A DNA stretch of 64,000 bases from Malacoraja senta (lineage: Eukaryota): positions 6,884,001 to 6,948,000 of the forward strand of contig CM075993.1 in the NCBI GenBank assembly GCA_038087875.1, written 5' to 3'. Positions 12,988 to 25,260 of this stretch are shown one piece after another. The notes beneath the pieces were generated by a model, which saw only the letters and a program-made list of their open reading frames with translations, ran no database searches and had not been told where the DNA came from. Position 1 is the first letter of the stretch. The number at the start of each line of letters is the position of its first letter. Made by a program: the position numbers and the translations under genes.

Positions 12988-14312
12988 TTTTTTTCTTCTT
13001 TTTTTTTCTTCTTTTTTTTTTATTAGAAGCAATTGTACAAGAATAAAACAGTCGGCATATAACATTATACAGTGAATGTACAGCTTCAATTTTAACTTTT
13101 TAACCTGGAAATAAAGGAAAAGAAAAGAGAAAGAACAAGAGAGAGAAAAAAGTGAGAGGTGCAAAGATAGGACCCCAAGACTACCAAAGTAGTGGAGCCA
13201 AAGAGTGGATAAAAGAAAGGAAGGAAAAAAAGGAAAAAAAAGAAAAAGAGAGAGAAAAGTGGTGATATACCTGCCTCTCGTGTCCCCCCCCCCCCCCCCC
13301 CCCCCCACCCACCTCACCCAACCCATAGTTGGATTTAAATCCAAAGTTGTGTTGCACCATACTATCCTTGTAAGAATTCGGTGAAGGGTAGATAGATAGA
13401 TATTTATTTGTTGTCATTTGAACCTAAGTTCAAACGAAATTCTGTTTCTGCAGTCATACAAACAAGTAAAAAGAACCAAGACACAACACAATTTACACAA
13501 ACATCCATCACAGCGAATCTCCTCCTCACTGTGATGGAAGGCAAAGTCTTATCTCTCCCCTGCACTCCACATTCTCCTCCCGATGTCAAAGTCAAAGCCC
13601 CCGGCGGGCGATTGTAGATATGTCCCGCGGCCATTAAAGCCGCGCCGGGCGATGCAAGGCCACGCTCCGGGTCTTGATGTTGTAGCCCCCGGTAGCGCCA
13701 GCAAGTCCCACGGCCACCAATGCCGCGCCGGGCGATGCCAGACCCCGCTCCAGGTCATCCTCAACCCCGCAACTCGGGCGGGAGTAGCTGCCGTTGTGGG
13801 AGCCCAAAAAGCGGTCTCCCACCATGGACCCGCGAGCTCCCGATGTCACCATCCACCAGACCTGCGGCTGAAGCCTCCGAATCTCGGGGTTGGGTAGCAG
13901 CCGCGCGCCACCACATCTCCTCCCGCTCCGAACTCGGCCAGCTCCACGATGGTGAGTAAGTTCGCAGGCTCCGCGACTGGAGGCCCAGGTCGTTCCGGTT
14001 GGAGGCCGCTCCACGGTGCTAGGCCCCAACGACAACGGAGACCCGACAGAGAAAGGTCGGGTCTCCCGTGCTGGGAAAAGATTTTAAAGTTTCCCGCCCC
14101 CCGCCCCCCACACATACCCAGTTAAAAAATTAAAAAAAACACTCTACAAACTCAAACGAAACAAAAAATAAATAAAAAAGACAGACGGACTGCAGAGGCC
14201 GCTGCAACGTGAGTCGCGCTGCCAACCAAAAGGGTGTCCATGTCTTGAAAAATTGATCTGGTTTTTCTGCCAAGACAAGCCTAATATTTTCCAAATGTAG
14301 TGTCTCGGACAA
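12986..14312 (-). mobile_element. L1-clade LINE 3' end, split by an 830-bp insertion
   Basis: LHLENIRLVLAEKPDQFFKTWTPF (14312-14230) resumes as PFTEFLQG* at 13390; duplication accctt; 3' UTR, AATAAA and poly(A) seen as a T-rich run at 12986-13021. Confidence 0.75.
13391..14228 (-). mobile_element. GC-rich non-autonomous retroelement
   Basis: CpG-rich body; 3' motif CCTTCCATCACAGTGAGG...TGACAACAAAT shared with copies at 18490, 24150, 45615 and 48030; microsatellite tail. Confidence 0.7.
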
Positions 14313-14650
14313 GTACTATAAGACAGAGCACAAGTTAACAGTGTACTATGTTTACATATTCTGTTGTGCTGCAGCAAGTAACAATTTCATTGTCCTGTCT
14401 GGGTCATATGACAATAAAACACTCGTGACTCTTGAAGTTAAGCCCTCATAACTCAAGCCTTTTAGCTCCAGGAAATATTCTGGTGAATTTATGCATCGTT
14501 CTTTTCTAAGTTAATATATTCTTCCAGCAGGGTGCTGGTGCACAGAACTCTGTGTAACCAAAGCTTCATACAAATTGAGTGAAACCTCTTAACCTTCAAA
14601 GGGTGCTTTTCTTTGGGAAGTTTCTCAAGGCTCATTTCTGTTTTTTGCAG

Positions 14651-14993
14651 CAACCATTGATCCTACAGATGACTCTTCGGTACCAAAGCTGTAAGGAAAA
14701 GCCAACGCTGGAAGAAATAGTAGACGTCAACTTGGGGCTCCCCCTGGTGGCACAGCTGGAGCTGGTACAGGACAATGGCGGCCGCACGGGTTGAAGGGGC
14801 TACCGGCAGCTACAACCAAGTCTCTAGTGTGGCATCCACCAGCACCATCACCAAGGATGCAAGCCGGGCTTGTGAGCCACGAAATCGGAAGGCGCCAAAT
14901 AAGCAAGAAGTCGTGCATTCGGCACGCCAAGCGAGAAGAGTGAATGAGCCAGAGGAAAATGATGAGAGGGAAATATCAAATTGGAGTTCGTAG
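14651..14993 (+). CDS. malt3: MALT1-family paracaspase, last coding exon, with an apparent +1 frameshift near 14765
   Basis: Acceptor ttttttgcag. QPLILQMTLRYQSCKEKPTLEEIVDVNLGLPLVAQLEL matches MALT1 EHLVFTVCLSYQY...EVNVGKPLIAKLDM. As written the frame stops at TGA 14792-14794. Removing one G at 14764-14765 reads LELYRTMAAARVEG...NEPEENDEREISNWSS to TAG at 14993. Confidence 0.82.
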
Positions 14994-15611
14994 CACAATC
15001 TCCTTGCATTGGACTGAAGGAGCAGCTCCTAAGAGTATATTGAATATTAAATATTTGTAGTTATGCATTGGACTTTAACTGTTAAACTTCTGGCAGATAC
15101 TTGCTATACTGCACATGGGGTTGCTGGCCAACCCCTTGTCAGTTCTTGGGGTCTGCAATTGGTGCTAGAAGTACCATGTAAGCTTAGTCAGTGTAAGCTT
15201 TTAATGCCCCAATTTATATGAAGGTTCATTTAGTTGCCAACCTGTTCCATTTGGTTCTTGGAGCTAGTTATATGAGCTAAATAGTTGTTCGTTTTATGTC
15301 ACTTGCAAGGCCCTTCACCATGTACTGTGGTAAACACTATCCATCCACAGCGCCCTCTCACTGATGCCGATTGAATTACACCAACCCCATCAAAATCTAC
15401 TACAAACGAAAACTTCTGACACAAGGTTTACCAGCTCACTTTCTTGAACACTGCCACTCGAATATGGCTGACTATCCTTTAGCCATTGCAGATCTAGGTG
15501 CTAGTTTATCGGCTCATTTCATTGTTAATTGCATATGGCCAGTCTGGTTGATAATGGAGCGTAAATACCTCACCATTCCCTTATGTCATCCTGTTCAGTT
15601 CAGCCTGCTTA

Positions 15612-15912
15612 TGGGCGGCACAGTGGCGCAGCGGTAGAGTTGCTGCCTTACAGTGCTTACAGCACCAGAGACCCGGGTTCGATCCCGACTACAGGTGCTG
15701 TCTGTACAGAGTTTGTACGTCCTCCCCGTGACCCCCTGCGTGGGTTTTCTCCGAGATCTTGATCTTCACATTCCAAAGACGTACAGGGTTGTAGGTTAAT
15801 TGGCTTGGTATAAATGTAAATTGTCCATAGTGTGAGTAGGATGGTGTAAGCTGGTCGGCGCAGACTTGGTGGGCCGATGGGCCTGTTTCCGCGCTGTATC
15901 TCTAAACTAAAC
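15612..15912 (+). mobile_element. V-SINE/HE1-like SINE
   Basis: A/B boxes, core, tail. Confidence 0.85.
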
Positions 15913-16765
15913 GTACTTAGCTCATTTTACACTTTCCGAGCACACATGATAAGAACCTGAGGTGAATGGTTGAGACACAAGGACATGCCAGTTCCCTGTA
16001 GGCACTCCTAGTGCACCAAAGCTTTGTACCAAAAGCACTGACACTGAAAATGATGGGCAAGCTGATCAACATCTGGACATTAATTTCACATAAATCGCTC
16101 TATAACCCCACCAATCACCAGGCTGACGGACAAAGCTGTTCCTCAGTCAGGAGAGGAGGGAGTTCAACTACCCTTGCAAAGTTTCGACATCACAAAACGG
16201 CTGCACTGTGTTTGAGCCAGTGCACACAACATCAAGTTAAGTTCCACAAATGATATTCGGAACACTACTGATGGGAAACAGTGCGAATTTACAGTGTGAA
16301 GAAAAGTGGGGGTTTTTAACTGTAAAATCAAGATTATTTCTCTTCCTTGAACAGCACAGGACATCATGCTAATTTTTGGACGACGTGCCCAAATGCAAGA
16401 TTGGTGAGAGCAATATCAGGCAATTTGATGTTTTGTGCAATAGCAGATTAAAAATGAAACCCTTAAATGTGACTGGGCCCCAGAATAGATTTATTGAAAG
16501 CTAATATTGAAAGTTACATGCTAATATATTCTTAAGTGTTTATGGAGCACATCTTTAGATATTAATTAGGTTGTGTTTATTTTTAAGTCTATTATTTTTT
16601 TACTATGGCTGAAGTTCTCAAATGTTTATCACCAGAAAGGCTGGAAACCCATGTTTTCTTAAGGTTCTCATTTTCCAGTTTGTTGTAATGGATGTGTTTG
16701 TCTACGAGTTTGCTATAGAAAACAAATGTGAATGTGAGAAAACTTTTTTTTTTTCTGGTGGAAGG

Positions 16766-16895
16766 TTACTGGAGGATCGGAGAGTCGTAGGAAAGACCTT
16801 GATTTCTGTGCATGAGGATGAAATGATTGGTAGTAAACCCATTGTATACTCTGCACTGTAATCCACTGTGGAGCGGGCCATCCACTGTGTACCAC
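16766..16895 (-). pseudogene. Remnant exon 29 (putative last coding exon)
   Basis: Acceptor acaaaacag (poor pyrimidine tract), phase 2 start, WYTVDGPLHSGLQCRVYNGFTTNHFILMHRNQGLSYDSPILQ then TAA. Confidence 0.52.
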
Positions 16896-17334
16896 CTGTT
16901 TTGTATTTTTGCTCCAAAGTCAAGATCAATGCCAGTAAATTGAGAGGGTGAGAGACAATAAAGATTGGCAAGAATCTGATTGCAGAAGTCAATTGAGAAG
17001 AGTTAGACGAGTTATTAGTAGCTGAACTGGTGATCTCGGTGGGTGGAAGCAACCTGGAACATGCTGCCTGTGTGGGTGGTTATGGCAGATATTCCCACTA
17101 CACCTAGAAAGTATCTGGATGGGCACCTGAATCACGAATGCATAAAAGGTTACGGAGCAAGCAGTGTTAAATGAGATGACTGATAAATAGTGTGGACATG
17201 TTTGGCCAAAGGCTGCTTTTCTGTGCTCTTTGATTCTATGCGGGAAACACAACAAATGACTTTAAACAGAAAACCAACGTGATAATATCACATGATGTGA
17301 ATTCGGCGTATATGGAAGCCAGCAACGTATAGTG

Positions 17335-17530
17335 CAGAAGATAGACACAGAAGTGCTGGAGTAACTCAACGGGTCAGGCAGCCTCTCTGGAGAAAAAGGA
17401 TGGGTTCCAGTCTGAAGAAGGGTTCCGACCCAAAACGTCACCCATCCTTTTTCTTCAGAGATTCTGCCTGACCCGTTGAGTTACTCCAGCACTTCGATAT
17501 AAACCAGCATCTGCAGTTCCTTCCTACACA
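17335..17530. mobile_element. Penelope-like inverted terminal pair
   Basis: End motif in both orientations, forming an imperfect hairpin. Confidence 0.72.
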
Positions 17531-18821
17531 AAGTATAATGCAGGCCAGTTTAATTCTTGTCCGGTTCCCACCAGGACAGTTAGGTTAGCATTATGCTCAT
17601 GGTTCGACCAAAAGCCCCACTGCTCAGCTGACATTATTCCCCATCTTTAAGACTTGTGAGTTTGCTTATTTCATTTCATTAACTCAATGGCGCCCACTCT
17701 TCAAATAAAATGACGTCAAAGTCAAAATGACGACAACGTTATGTTGCCATCCTTGGAACAATCCCATTAATTAAAAGCAACCTTGCTAATGAGATTCACC
17801 ATTAATGTTTGTCATCCTGTTTCTAATCCTCTTTATAACTGTCTTATTGCATCTTTCCTGCTTCCTTCGCTCCCCCATCAGTTGCCATGCCGACAGCAGT
17901 CTATTCCTCGGGGCCTGAAATTCTCTCCCCGACCCTCTCCTCCTTCCAATAGGCTCGTTAAAACGCCTTTGACCAAGCTTTTAGCATCTAATACTAACTC
18001 TTTTTTTTCATCTTGCTGTTCAGCATTGTATCATTCTACTTTCCTTAAGAGTCGGGGATGTTTTGCTAAAGATAGCGAAGTCAGGGGATATGGGGAGGAG
18101 GCAGGAACGGGGTACTGATTGGGGATGATCAGCCATGATCACATTGAATGGCGGTGCTGGCTCGAAGGGCCGATTGGCCTTCTCCTGCACCTATTGTCTA
18201 TTGTCATTAAAAATGGCGTATAGTGCAAGTTGCCGATATAAATGTTAATTCAGGCGTGTTATTAGGGTTTTCAGTTAAACCCCCGCTTGCCATGATAGAA
18301 ACCATCTTGAGGTGTCAACTGAGCACTGTGTGTAGCGCACTTGCCTCTGAGCTGGTAGGTTTTGGGTTCAAATCTCACCAGAGCACTAAACCTGAGTTGG
18401 TGCTCCAGTCTAGGTTGAGGGAGGGCTGCTCTGTCTTACACATGAAGTATTTTGAAGATCAGGGGATATATCTCCAGGCCAACATTTATCAAGTTCAAGT
18501 TCAAGTTTCCTTTATTGTCATTCAGACCTTTCGGTCTGAACCAAATTGTGATGCCTGCAGTCATACACAGAACCAATAATAACAAAACATACAATAAACA
18601 CAAATTAAACATCCACCACAGTGAGTTCACCAAGCACACCCTCGCTGTGATGGAGGCAAAGTCTTAGTCTCCGTCTCTTCCCTCCTTGTTCTCCCTCTGC
18701 ACTGAGGCGATCGATCCAGGCCGAAGCGCAGAGGGAGAACAAGGAGGGAAGAGACGGAAGAACTAAACATAACTATGCACGGAAGACTGCCATGTTGCCT
18801 GCACCATGACAAGGACCATAC

Positions 18822-18927
18822 CTTAAAAAGTACTTCACTCATACGTTGCTGCTTAGACTGGTGAAGAAGGGGACACTTAACTGGAGTGGCCCAGACTCCG
18901 TAAAAGAGTGTGCCAGGAGATCAGGAC
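18822..18927 (-). pseudogene. Remnant exon 28
   Basis: cctttccttcag / gtatgg, phase 1-2, GPDLLAHSFTESGPLQLSVPFFTSLSSNV*VKYFLR. Confidence 0.62.
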
Positions 18928-19361
18928 CTGAAGGAAAGGATGGAGGTGGGAAGAACTGTACAGTAAAAACACAATTGGGAATAATGCTGAAAAAAAAACA
19001 GCTCCTCAATTTGTCTTTGTTTGATATTAAAGTTGTTCTTTGATATTAATATATGTAACATGTCTTACATGATGTTGTATTACTTTAAATATAGAGTTAT
19101 TTAATTACGTGCAGGGTAGAGTTGGAACTATTTTGTTACAGTAAAACCAAAATATTAAAATGCATCATTTCAAAAGTTGGTTTTCTTTTTTTTGAAAATA
19201 TATTACAATAATGTGAATTGCTCTGGGCCTGAGCAAATTCGATCAAGCTATACCCAATGGATTGCGGAAGTCTAGGTGGGAGATGTTGACAGTGGTAGTG
19301 CTTTCCTGTTCAACCCTTCACGTTGGATTGAAACCAGTGGCAGGCATGGGGCCTGTGGCGA

Positions 19362-19608
19362 AGATGGACACAAAATGCTGGAGTAACTCAGCAGGTCAGA
19401 CAGCATCTCTGGAGAAAAGGAATAGGTGATGTTTCGGGTCGAGACCCTTCTTCAGACCTGTTCCTTTTCTCCAGGGATGCTGTCTGACCCGCTGAGTTAC
19501 TCCAGCTTTTTATCACCTATTCCTTTTCTCCAGAGATGCTGTCAGACCCGCTGAGTTACTCCAGCTTTTTGTGTCTACGGTTTAAACCAGCATCTGCAGT
19601 TCCTTCTG
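19362..19608. mobile_element. Penelope-like inverted and duplicated terminal fragments
   Basis: One - copy followed by two tandem + copies of the end motif. Confidence 0.72.
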
Positions 19609-19640
19609 ATGTATGATAACTTCTGTTCGGTTGCCTTCAC

Positions 19641-19700
19641 CTCTACACCAAGTCATCTTTCAGGCCTGGACCTCCTGCAGAATGGCCTCTATTGCCTGCT
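19641..19700 (-). pseudogene. Remnant exon 27
   Basis: ctttacatacag / gtgaag, phase 1-1, EQAIEAILQEVQA*KMTWCR. Confidence 0.55.
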
Positions 19701-20756
19701 CTGTATGTAAAGCAAGCTCCTCGAAGTAAACCTCAGTTGAGGAGCAGCAGCATTCTACACCCAACAACATTACGCAGACTGCTAGCAATATAAGAAGGTG
19801 ACATGTCAGTACAGCATTAGCAATTATGTTTGGATACTGTCTTTGTCAGCAATGTCCAAACGCCGGGAATGGACGTTTAAAACTAAAGAGCCTGACACAA
19901 AGTCAGGTCAAAATACTTGAGCAAGCTCTCAATCATGCATTAGCTCAGAGCTATCCTCAACACTAAACAGTTTTCTCTCGGTTTCTTTCTCAGTTATCCA
20001 AGTTCAAGCAGTTTACGTCCAAAGCATAATAACAGGAGATAGTGGAGCTGTGAAGATTCCCATTGCTTCACTGTGTTACTATCTGTGTATTCCCTTTATC
20101 TCACTGCTCTGTAGTACTTCATCTTTAATTTAGTTTAGTTCCCATGATCTAAGAGTGGGGTGGAGTGGGGGGGGAGGAACATAACCTCATTACACCAGCT
20201 AAATAAAGCTACAATAAATGATGGTACTGGAATCCATCAAGAGGTTGCTCCACATATTATATGTTCATACGTTACAGGAGCAGAATTAGGAAATTCGGCC
20301 CATCAAGTCTACTCCGCCATTCAATCATGGCTGACCTATCTTTCCCTCTCAACCCCATTCTCCTGCCTTCTCCCCATAACCCCTGACACCCGCACTAATC
20401 AAGAGCCTATCAAACTCCAGCTTAAAAATAACCACTGACTTGGCCTCCACAGCCTTCTGTGGCAAAGAATTCCACAGATTCACCACCCTCTGACTAAAGA
20501 AATTCATCCTCCTGCTGACACCTGTTCCTATCAAGAATATTAAGCTTGATCTACAAGTAATTATGACACAGGAATAAGCCAACATTAATATTTCTCCCTG
20601 TTGAAAATATAATCTCACTTGTTTTAGTTAAAAGGCATTTTCATAGAAACCACCCTTTTGCATCGTCGGTTCACCGTCGATTTCATTGATGTCGATTGGA
20701 TGGTCTTCACTGGAGAGCACGAGTGTGGCAGCTTCCAAAGTCAATACATTCCTTTG

Positions 20757-21078
20757 GACGGTCATGGTGGTGCAGCGGTAGAGTTGTTGCCTTTCAGACC
20801 CGGGTTCGATCCTGACTATCGGGCGCTGTCAGTACGGCGTTTGTACGTTCTCCCCGTGACCTGCGTGGGGTTTCTCCCAGATCTTCGGTTTCCTCACACA
20901 CTCCAAAGACGTACAGGTTTGTAGGTTAACTGGCTTGGTATAAATGTTTTTAAAAAAAGGTCCCTAGTGGGTGTAGGATAGTGTTAATGTACGGGGATCG
21001 CTGGTCGGCGCGGACACGGTGGGCCGAAGGTCCTGTTTCCGCGCTGTATCCCTAGACTAAACTAAACTAAACTAAACA
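20757..21078 (+). mobile_element. V-SINE/HE1-like SINE
   Basis: A/B boxes, core, (TAAAC)n tail. Confidence 0.85.
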
Positions 21079-21287
21079 TGCCCTTTGGCCAAAGCTACCA
21101 GCCTCTTCTGTCCTGGGCACAGGAATCCCACTGTGTTAATATCCTATGTTGAACTCTGATGAAACATCCTTACCCAAAGATGTGCCCTGGAGGACACAGA
21201 GTACTGGAGTAACTCAGCAGGTCAGGCACCATCTCTGGAGAACACGGATAGGTGATGTTCCGAGTCGGAACCCCTCTTCAGACATAG

Positions 21288-21582
21288 GGGGCGGCACAGT
21301 GGTAGAGTTGCTGCCTTACAGTACCAGAGACCCAGGTTCGATCCTGACTACGGGTGCTGTCTGTATGGAGTTTGTACGTTTTCTCTGTGACTGCGTGAGT
21401 TTTCTCCAGGTGTTCTGGTTTCCTCTCCTACTCCAAAGACCTACAGGTTGGTAGGTTAATTGGCCGGTAAAATTGTAAATTGTGCCTAGTGTATAGGATA
21501 GTTGTAGTGTATGGGTGATTGCTGGTCAGCATGGGCTCGGTGGACCGAAGGGCCTGTTTCCACGCTGTATCTCTAAAGTCTA
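21288..21582 (+). mobile_element. V-SINE-like SINE nested in a Penelope-like fragment (about 21190-21790)
   Basis: SINE core; Penelope end motif upstream and its purine-rich UTR downstream. Confidence 0.78.
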
Positions 21583-22112
21583 AAGACATTGTATGGGGTG
21601 GGAAGAAACCTGGAAGAGTGGAAGGGCATGACAAAGAGTAACAGGTAGACACAGGTGAGAGGGGTTTCGATAGGCAGATGGTTGGAACAAAGGCCAGCGA
21701 TGAAAAGACAAAAGGCTTGAAACAGGATTGAAGAGTTGTGAATTGTGAAGCCAGAGGAAGGAATGTAGGAGAAGGGAGAAATAGGTGGGAGTCAGGATTG
21801 TGCCCTGGGAAGCCTTCATGTTTTGAAAATAGCAGCAAAGCTAGCAAAATGCATCAAATCACGTCGACTTTGATTAGTAAGTTCCTGATTGGTTAGCTTC
21901 TAATAATCTATGCAAAGCGGCTCTGCTTCGTCACAAAATTATAAGACTCAGCGTATTTCAATCGGAGGAAGTGAAACTAAACATGTCAGTGTCAACACCA
22001 CTGTCTGGTAACCTGAGGCTGCTGTGACTTTTCCCCATTGGATCTGTGTTGACTGCAGCTAGTTCGTTTGACATGAATAGCCACACCATTCCTCCTCAGG
22101 TTAGATATTTAC

Positions 22113-22203
22113 CTTTCATTTCAAAGGGCACCAGGGCCTCCCTAGCTTTGTAATCTTCCAGTATCTCTGTGATTATTATATACATTCTCACTTCTGCCTC
22201 CGA
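22113..22203 (-). pseudogene. Remnant exon 26
   Basis: ttctgtgcag / gtaaat, phase 0-1, SEAEVRMYIIITEILEDYKAREALVPFEMK; the only open frame. Confidence 0.62.
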
Positions 22204-23147
22204 CTGCACAGAACCAATGGAATTTTCTCCCTGGGTGACGGAGCAGCACAGTAGTGCAGCCGGTAGAGCAGCTGCCTCACAGCACCAGGCAGGTTGATTA
22301 AAATTGATTCATCAAGTATTAGCTATAAGGAGAGGTTGGACGAACTTGAATTGTTTTGCCTGGAACATTGGAGGCTAAGGGGCGATCTGAGAGAAGTATA
22401 TAAAATTATGAGAGGCATAGATAGGGTAGACAGTCATAGTCTTATTCGCGTGATGGGGAAATACAAGTGAGCATCGGTTTAAAGTGAGAGGGGGAAAGTT
22501 AAAATGAGATAGAAAACATACATGGAAAACATAGAAAATAAGTGCAGGAGGCCCTTCGAGCCTGCACCGCCATTCATTGTGATCATAGCTGACCTGATGT
22601 GCAGGTCAGGGTTATTACAGAGAGTGTGTTAGGTGCCTGGAAAGAGGTGTCTGGGGAGTTTGTGGAAGCGGATACAATAGCAACATTTTACAGGCATTTA
22701 GTCAGACACATGAACAGACGGGGAATGGTGGGATACGGACCATGTGCAATGTCCGAAGAAGGGTCTCGACCCGAAACGTCACCCATTCCTTCTCTCCAGA
22801 GATGCTGCCTGTCCCGCTGGGTTAATCCAGCATTTGTCTACCTTCACATGCAGGCAGATTGGATCAGTTTGACACCAGGTCAGTGCAGACATGGTGAACC
22901 AAAGGACCCATTCCTGTGTTGTTTATTGCAATGTTCTGCATTCTATGTTCTCTATCAATTTTACTGTTTAATGTTTTATGTGTCATTCCGAACTGTCACT
23001 GTATGTCATGTTGTCACTTGCGGGTGGAGCACCAAGGCAAATTCCTTGTATGTGAATACTTTGGTCAATAAACATTCATTCAATTTGCAAGGGCACGTCA
23101 GATATCATTCTGTGGAGAAATTGGAAAATATGAAATCGCCAACTCAC

Positions 23148-23239
23148 CAAGTTCCAGGGTAAGATGAACAGCAACAAATGGAGAGGGAGGATGAGAATAT
23201 AGTGTTAATAATTATAAAATATAATTATTTTGTGGCTAT
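23148..23239 (-). pseudogene. Remnant exon 25
   Basis: ttttctttgttaaag / gtgagt, phase 1-0, SHKIIIFYNY*HYILILPLHLLLFILPWNL; acceptor uncertain. Confidence 0.42.
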
Positions 23240-23648
23240 CTTTAACAAAGAAAATGATGTTCAGAATAAAAATCCAAGCAATCTGTCCGTCACGTTGTAT
23301 CTTGACATTGCTGAATCACAACATCTTTGTGGAGAGTAGTTGGTGTTCGGTTGAGGTCAGTATGAAATACAGTATACAAGTGTATGAAGGAACCGCAGAT
23401 GCTGGTTTAAACCGAAGATAGAGTAACCCGAAAAAGCTGGAGTAACTCAGGCAGCATCTCTGGAGAGAAGGAAGGGGTGACATTTCGGGTGGAGACCCTT
23501 CTTCTTATTCTTCAAATATGTAAGTGTCATGTCAACCATAGATCGCACCATCTCGACAGGGAGTAATGTCATTTAGGGACCAGTTGACAGGTAAAGAGTT
23601 CTATATATATTTTAAACTAAGATGCGAGTCTATACATCTGTTACTCAC

Positions 23649-23715
23649 TATGCCAGTGTGCATGCAATGCTCTGTACTGATAGCATGGTGGATCTGACTA
23701 GTAATAGTCCCACAC
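23649..23715 (-). pseudogene. Remnant exon 24
   Basis: aatcttgcag / gtgagt; frame ambiguous: VWDYY*SDPPCYQYRALHAHWH or CGTITSQIHHAISTEHCMHTGI. Confidence 0.52.
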
Positions 23716-24149
23716 CTGCAAGATTCTACAATGCAGCAGTAACATATCTCAAGCCTTCTTCTACAGTCTGAATTGCACCATAGATAGGAGGTAGACTCAT
23801 AATCAGTCATGTCCTTTTCTCCATGGAATTAATTATATAGATTATACATTTTTTCTGTTAGAAACATAGCAACATGTACACAGTTCCTTGAAATTGACGT
23901 CACACAGATCACGAAGGCTTTTGGCACAATGGCCTTCATCAGCCAGAGTATTGTGTATAGAAGTCAGGAGATAGACACATAAAGCTGGAGTAACTCAGCA
24001 AGACAGGCAGCATCTCCTCAAGGAATGGGTGAGGTTTCGGTTCGAGACCCTTCTTCAGACTGGTTGGGGAGAAGGGAAACAAAAGCTCTGCAGCATCCTC
24101 CCTCGCTGCTCTCCACATCACCATCTATATCTCTCATTTCCCTTATCCC

Positions 24150-24800
24150 TACAAGATACAAGACATCTATTTGTCACATGTACCAATTGGTACAGTGAAA
24201 TGTGTGGTCACCATACAGCCGTACGAATAATAAAGAGCACAGAACACGATAGTCTTTAACACAGACATCCCCACACAGCGGGATCAAAGTATCCCACTGT
24301 GAGGGAAGCCTCCAAAATCCAGTTATCCTCCTCCGTTGTCCTCCCGTGGTTGGGGGCTCCCGAACCCCCCCGCTGTCGCTGCTACGGGCGGCCCGATGTT
24401 CAGGCCCGCTCGCCGGGGTGATGGAAGTCCGACGTCGGGACTGGAGGACATCCTCAGCTGCTTGGACATCCGAATCGGCCACCTCCTACCGGGGTCCGCG
24501 GCTCCCAAAGTCCACAGGCCGCGCTGGTCGAAGATTCAGCGCTGGTGGACCTCGGCAAAGGGCCCCAGGACTCCGCGATGTTGAAGTCAGCGCCGCCCGC
24601 GCTGGAAGCTCTACGAACCACAGCTCCGCGATGATGAAGCAGCTGGCCCAACACTCCGGAGCTTCAACGGCGATCCCAGGTAAGCAATCGCCCGCTCCGC
24701 GATGTATCCAGCGCTGCGCCGTCGCTGCTGAAGCTCTGGTCCGGGTTCCCGGCAGGAAAGGCCGCTCCAATCCAGGTGGTAGGCCGCGAGGAGGGTGGCG
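24150..24800 (-). mobile_element. GC-rich non-autonomous retroelement
   Basis: Same 3' motif group as 13391-14228; CpG-rich body. Confidence 0.65.
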
Positions 24801-24819
24801 ATGGATGATCAAGGAAATG

Positions 24820-25260
24820 TAGAATCAGTTGGCTGAGGGGAAGGTGATAACGAGGCATACAAACAGTAAAATTAATCAGGACAACAGTGAAACGAGTCGG
24901 AGAACTAGGGTGGGGGAGGGATAGAGAGACAGGGAAACCATATGTTACTTGAGGTTGGAGAAATCAATATTCATACCGCTGGGGTGTAAGCTGCCCAAGC
25001 AAAATTTGAGGTGCTGTTGCTTCAATTTGCATTTTGCCTCACTCTGACAATGGAGGAGGCCCTGGACAGAAAGATCAGTGTGGGAATGGGAGGTGTTTGT
25101 AAACCAGGAGATTGCGTAGGCCCAGGCGGACTGAGCGGAGGTGTTCAACAAAACAATCGTCGAGCCTGTGCTTGGTCTCACCGATATACTGTATAGGAGT
25201 CCACAACGAGAATGAGTCCACACAGATGATGAGGTTGGAGGAGGTAGCAAGTGAACCTCT
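24820..25260 (-). mobile_element. Penelope-like element, GIY-YIG endonuclease C-terminal fragment
   Basis: SHSHTDLSVQGLLHCQSEAKCKLKQQHLKFCLGSLHPSGMNIDFSN. Confidence 0.8.

Noticed and set aside
18836..18845. In-frame TGA codons in the remnant read as selenocysteine
   Set aside because: TAA and TAG stops also occur throughout the chain, and I see no SECIS element or redox motif.
24174..24858. Cluster of overlapping ORFs in GC-rich DNA (also 13549-14115 and 45828-46256)
   Set aside because: Stop-poor because of GC content inside repeats; no recognisable protein.
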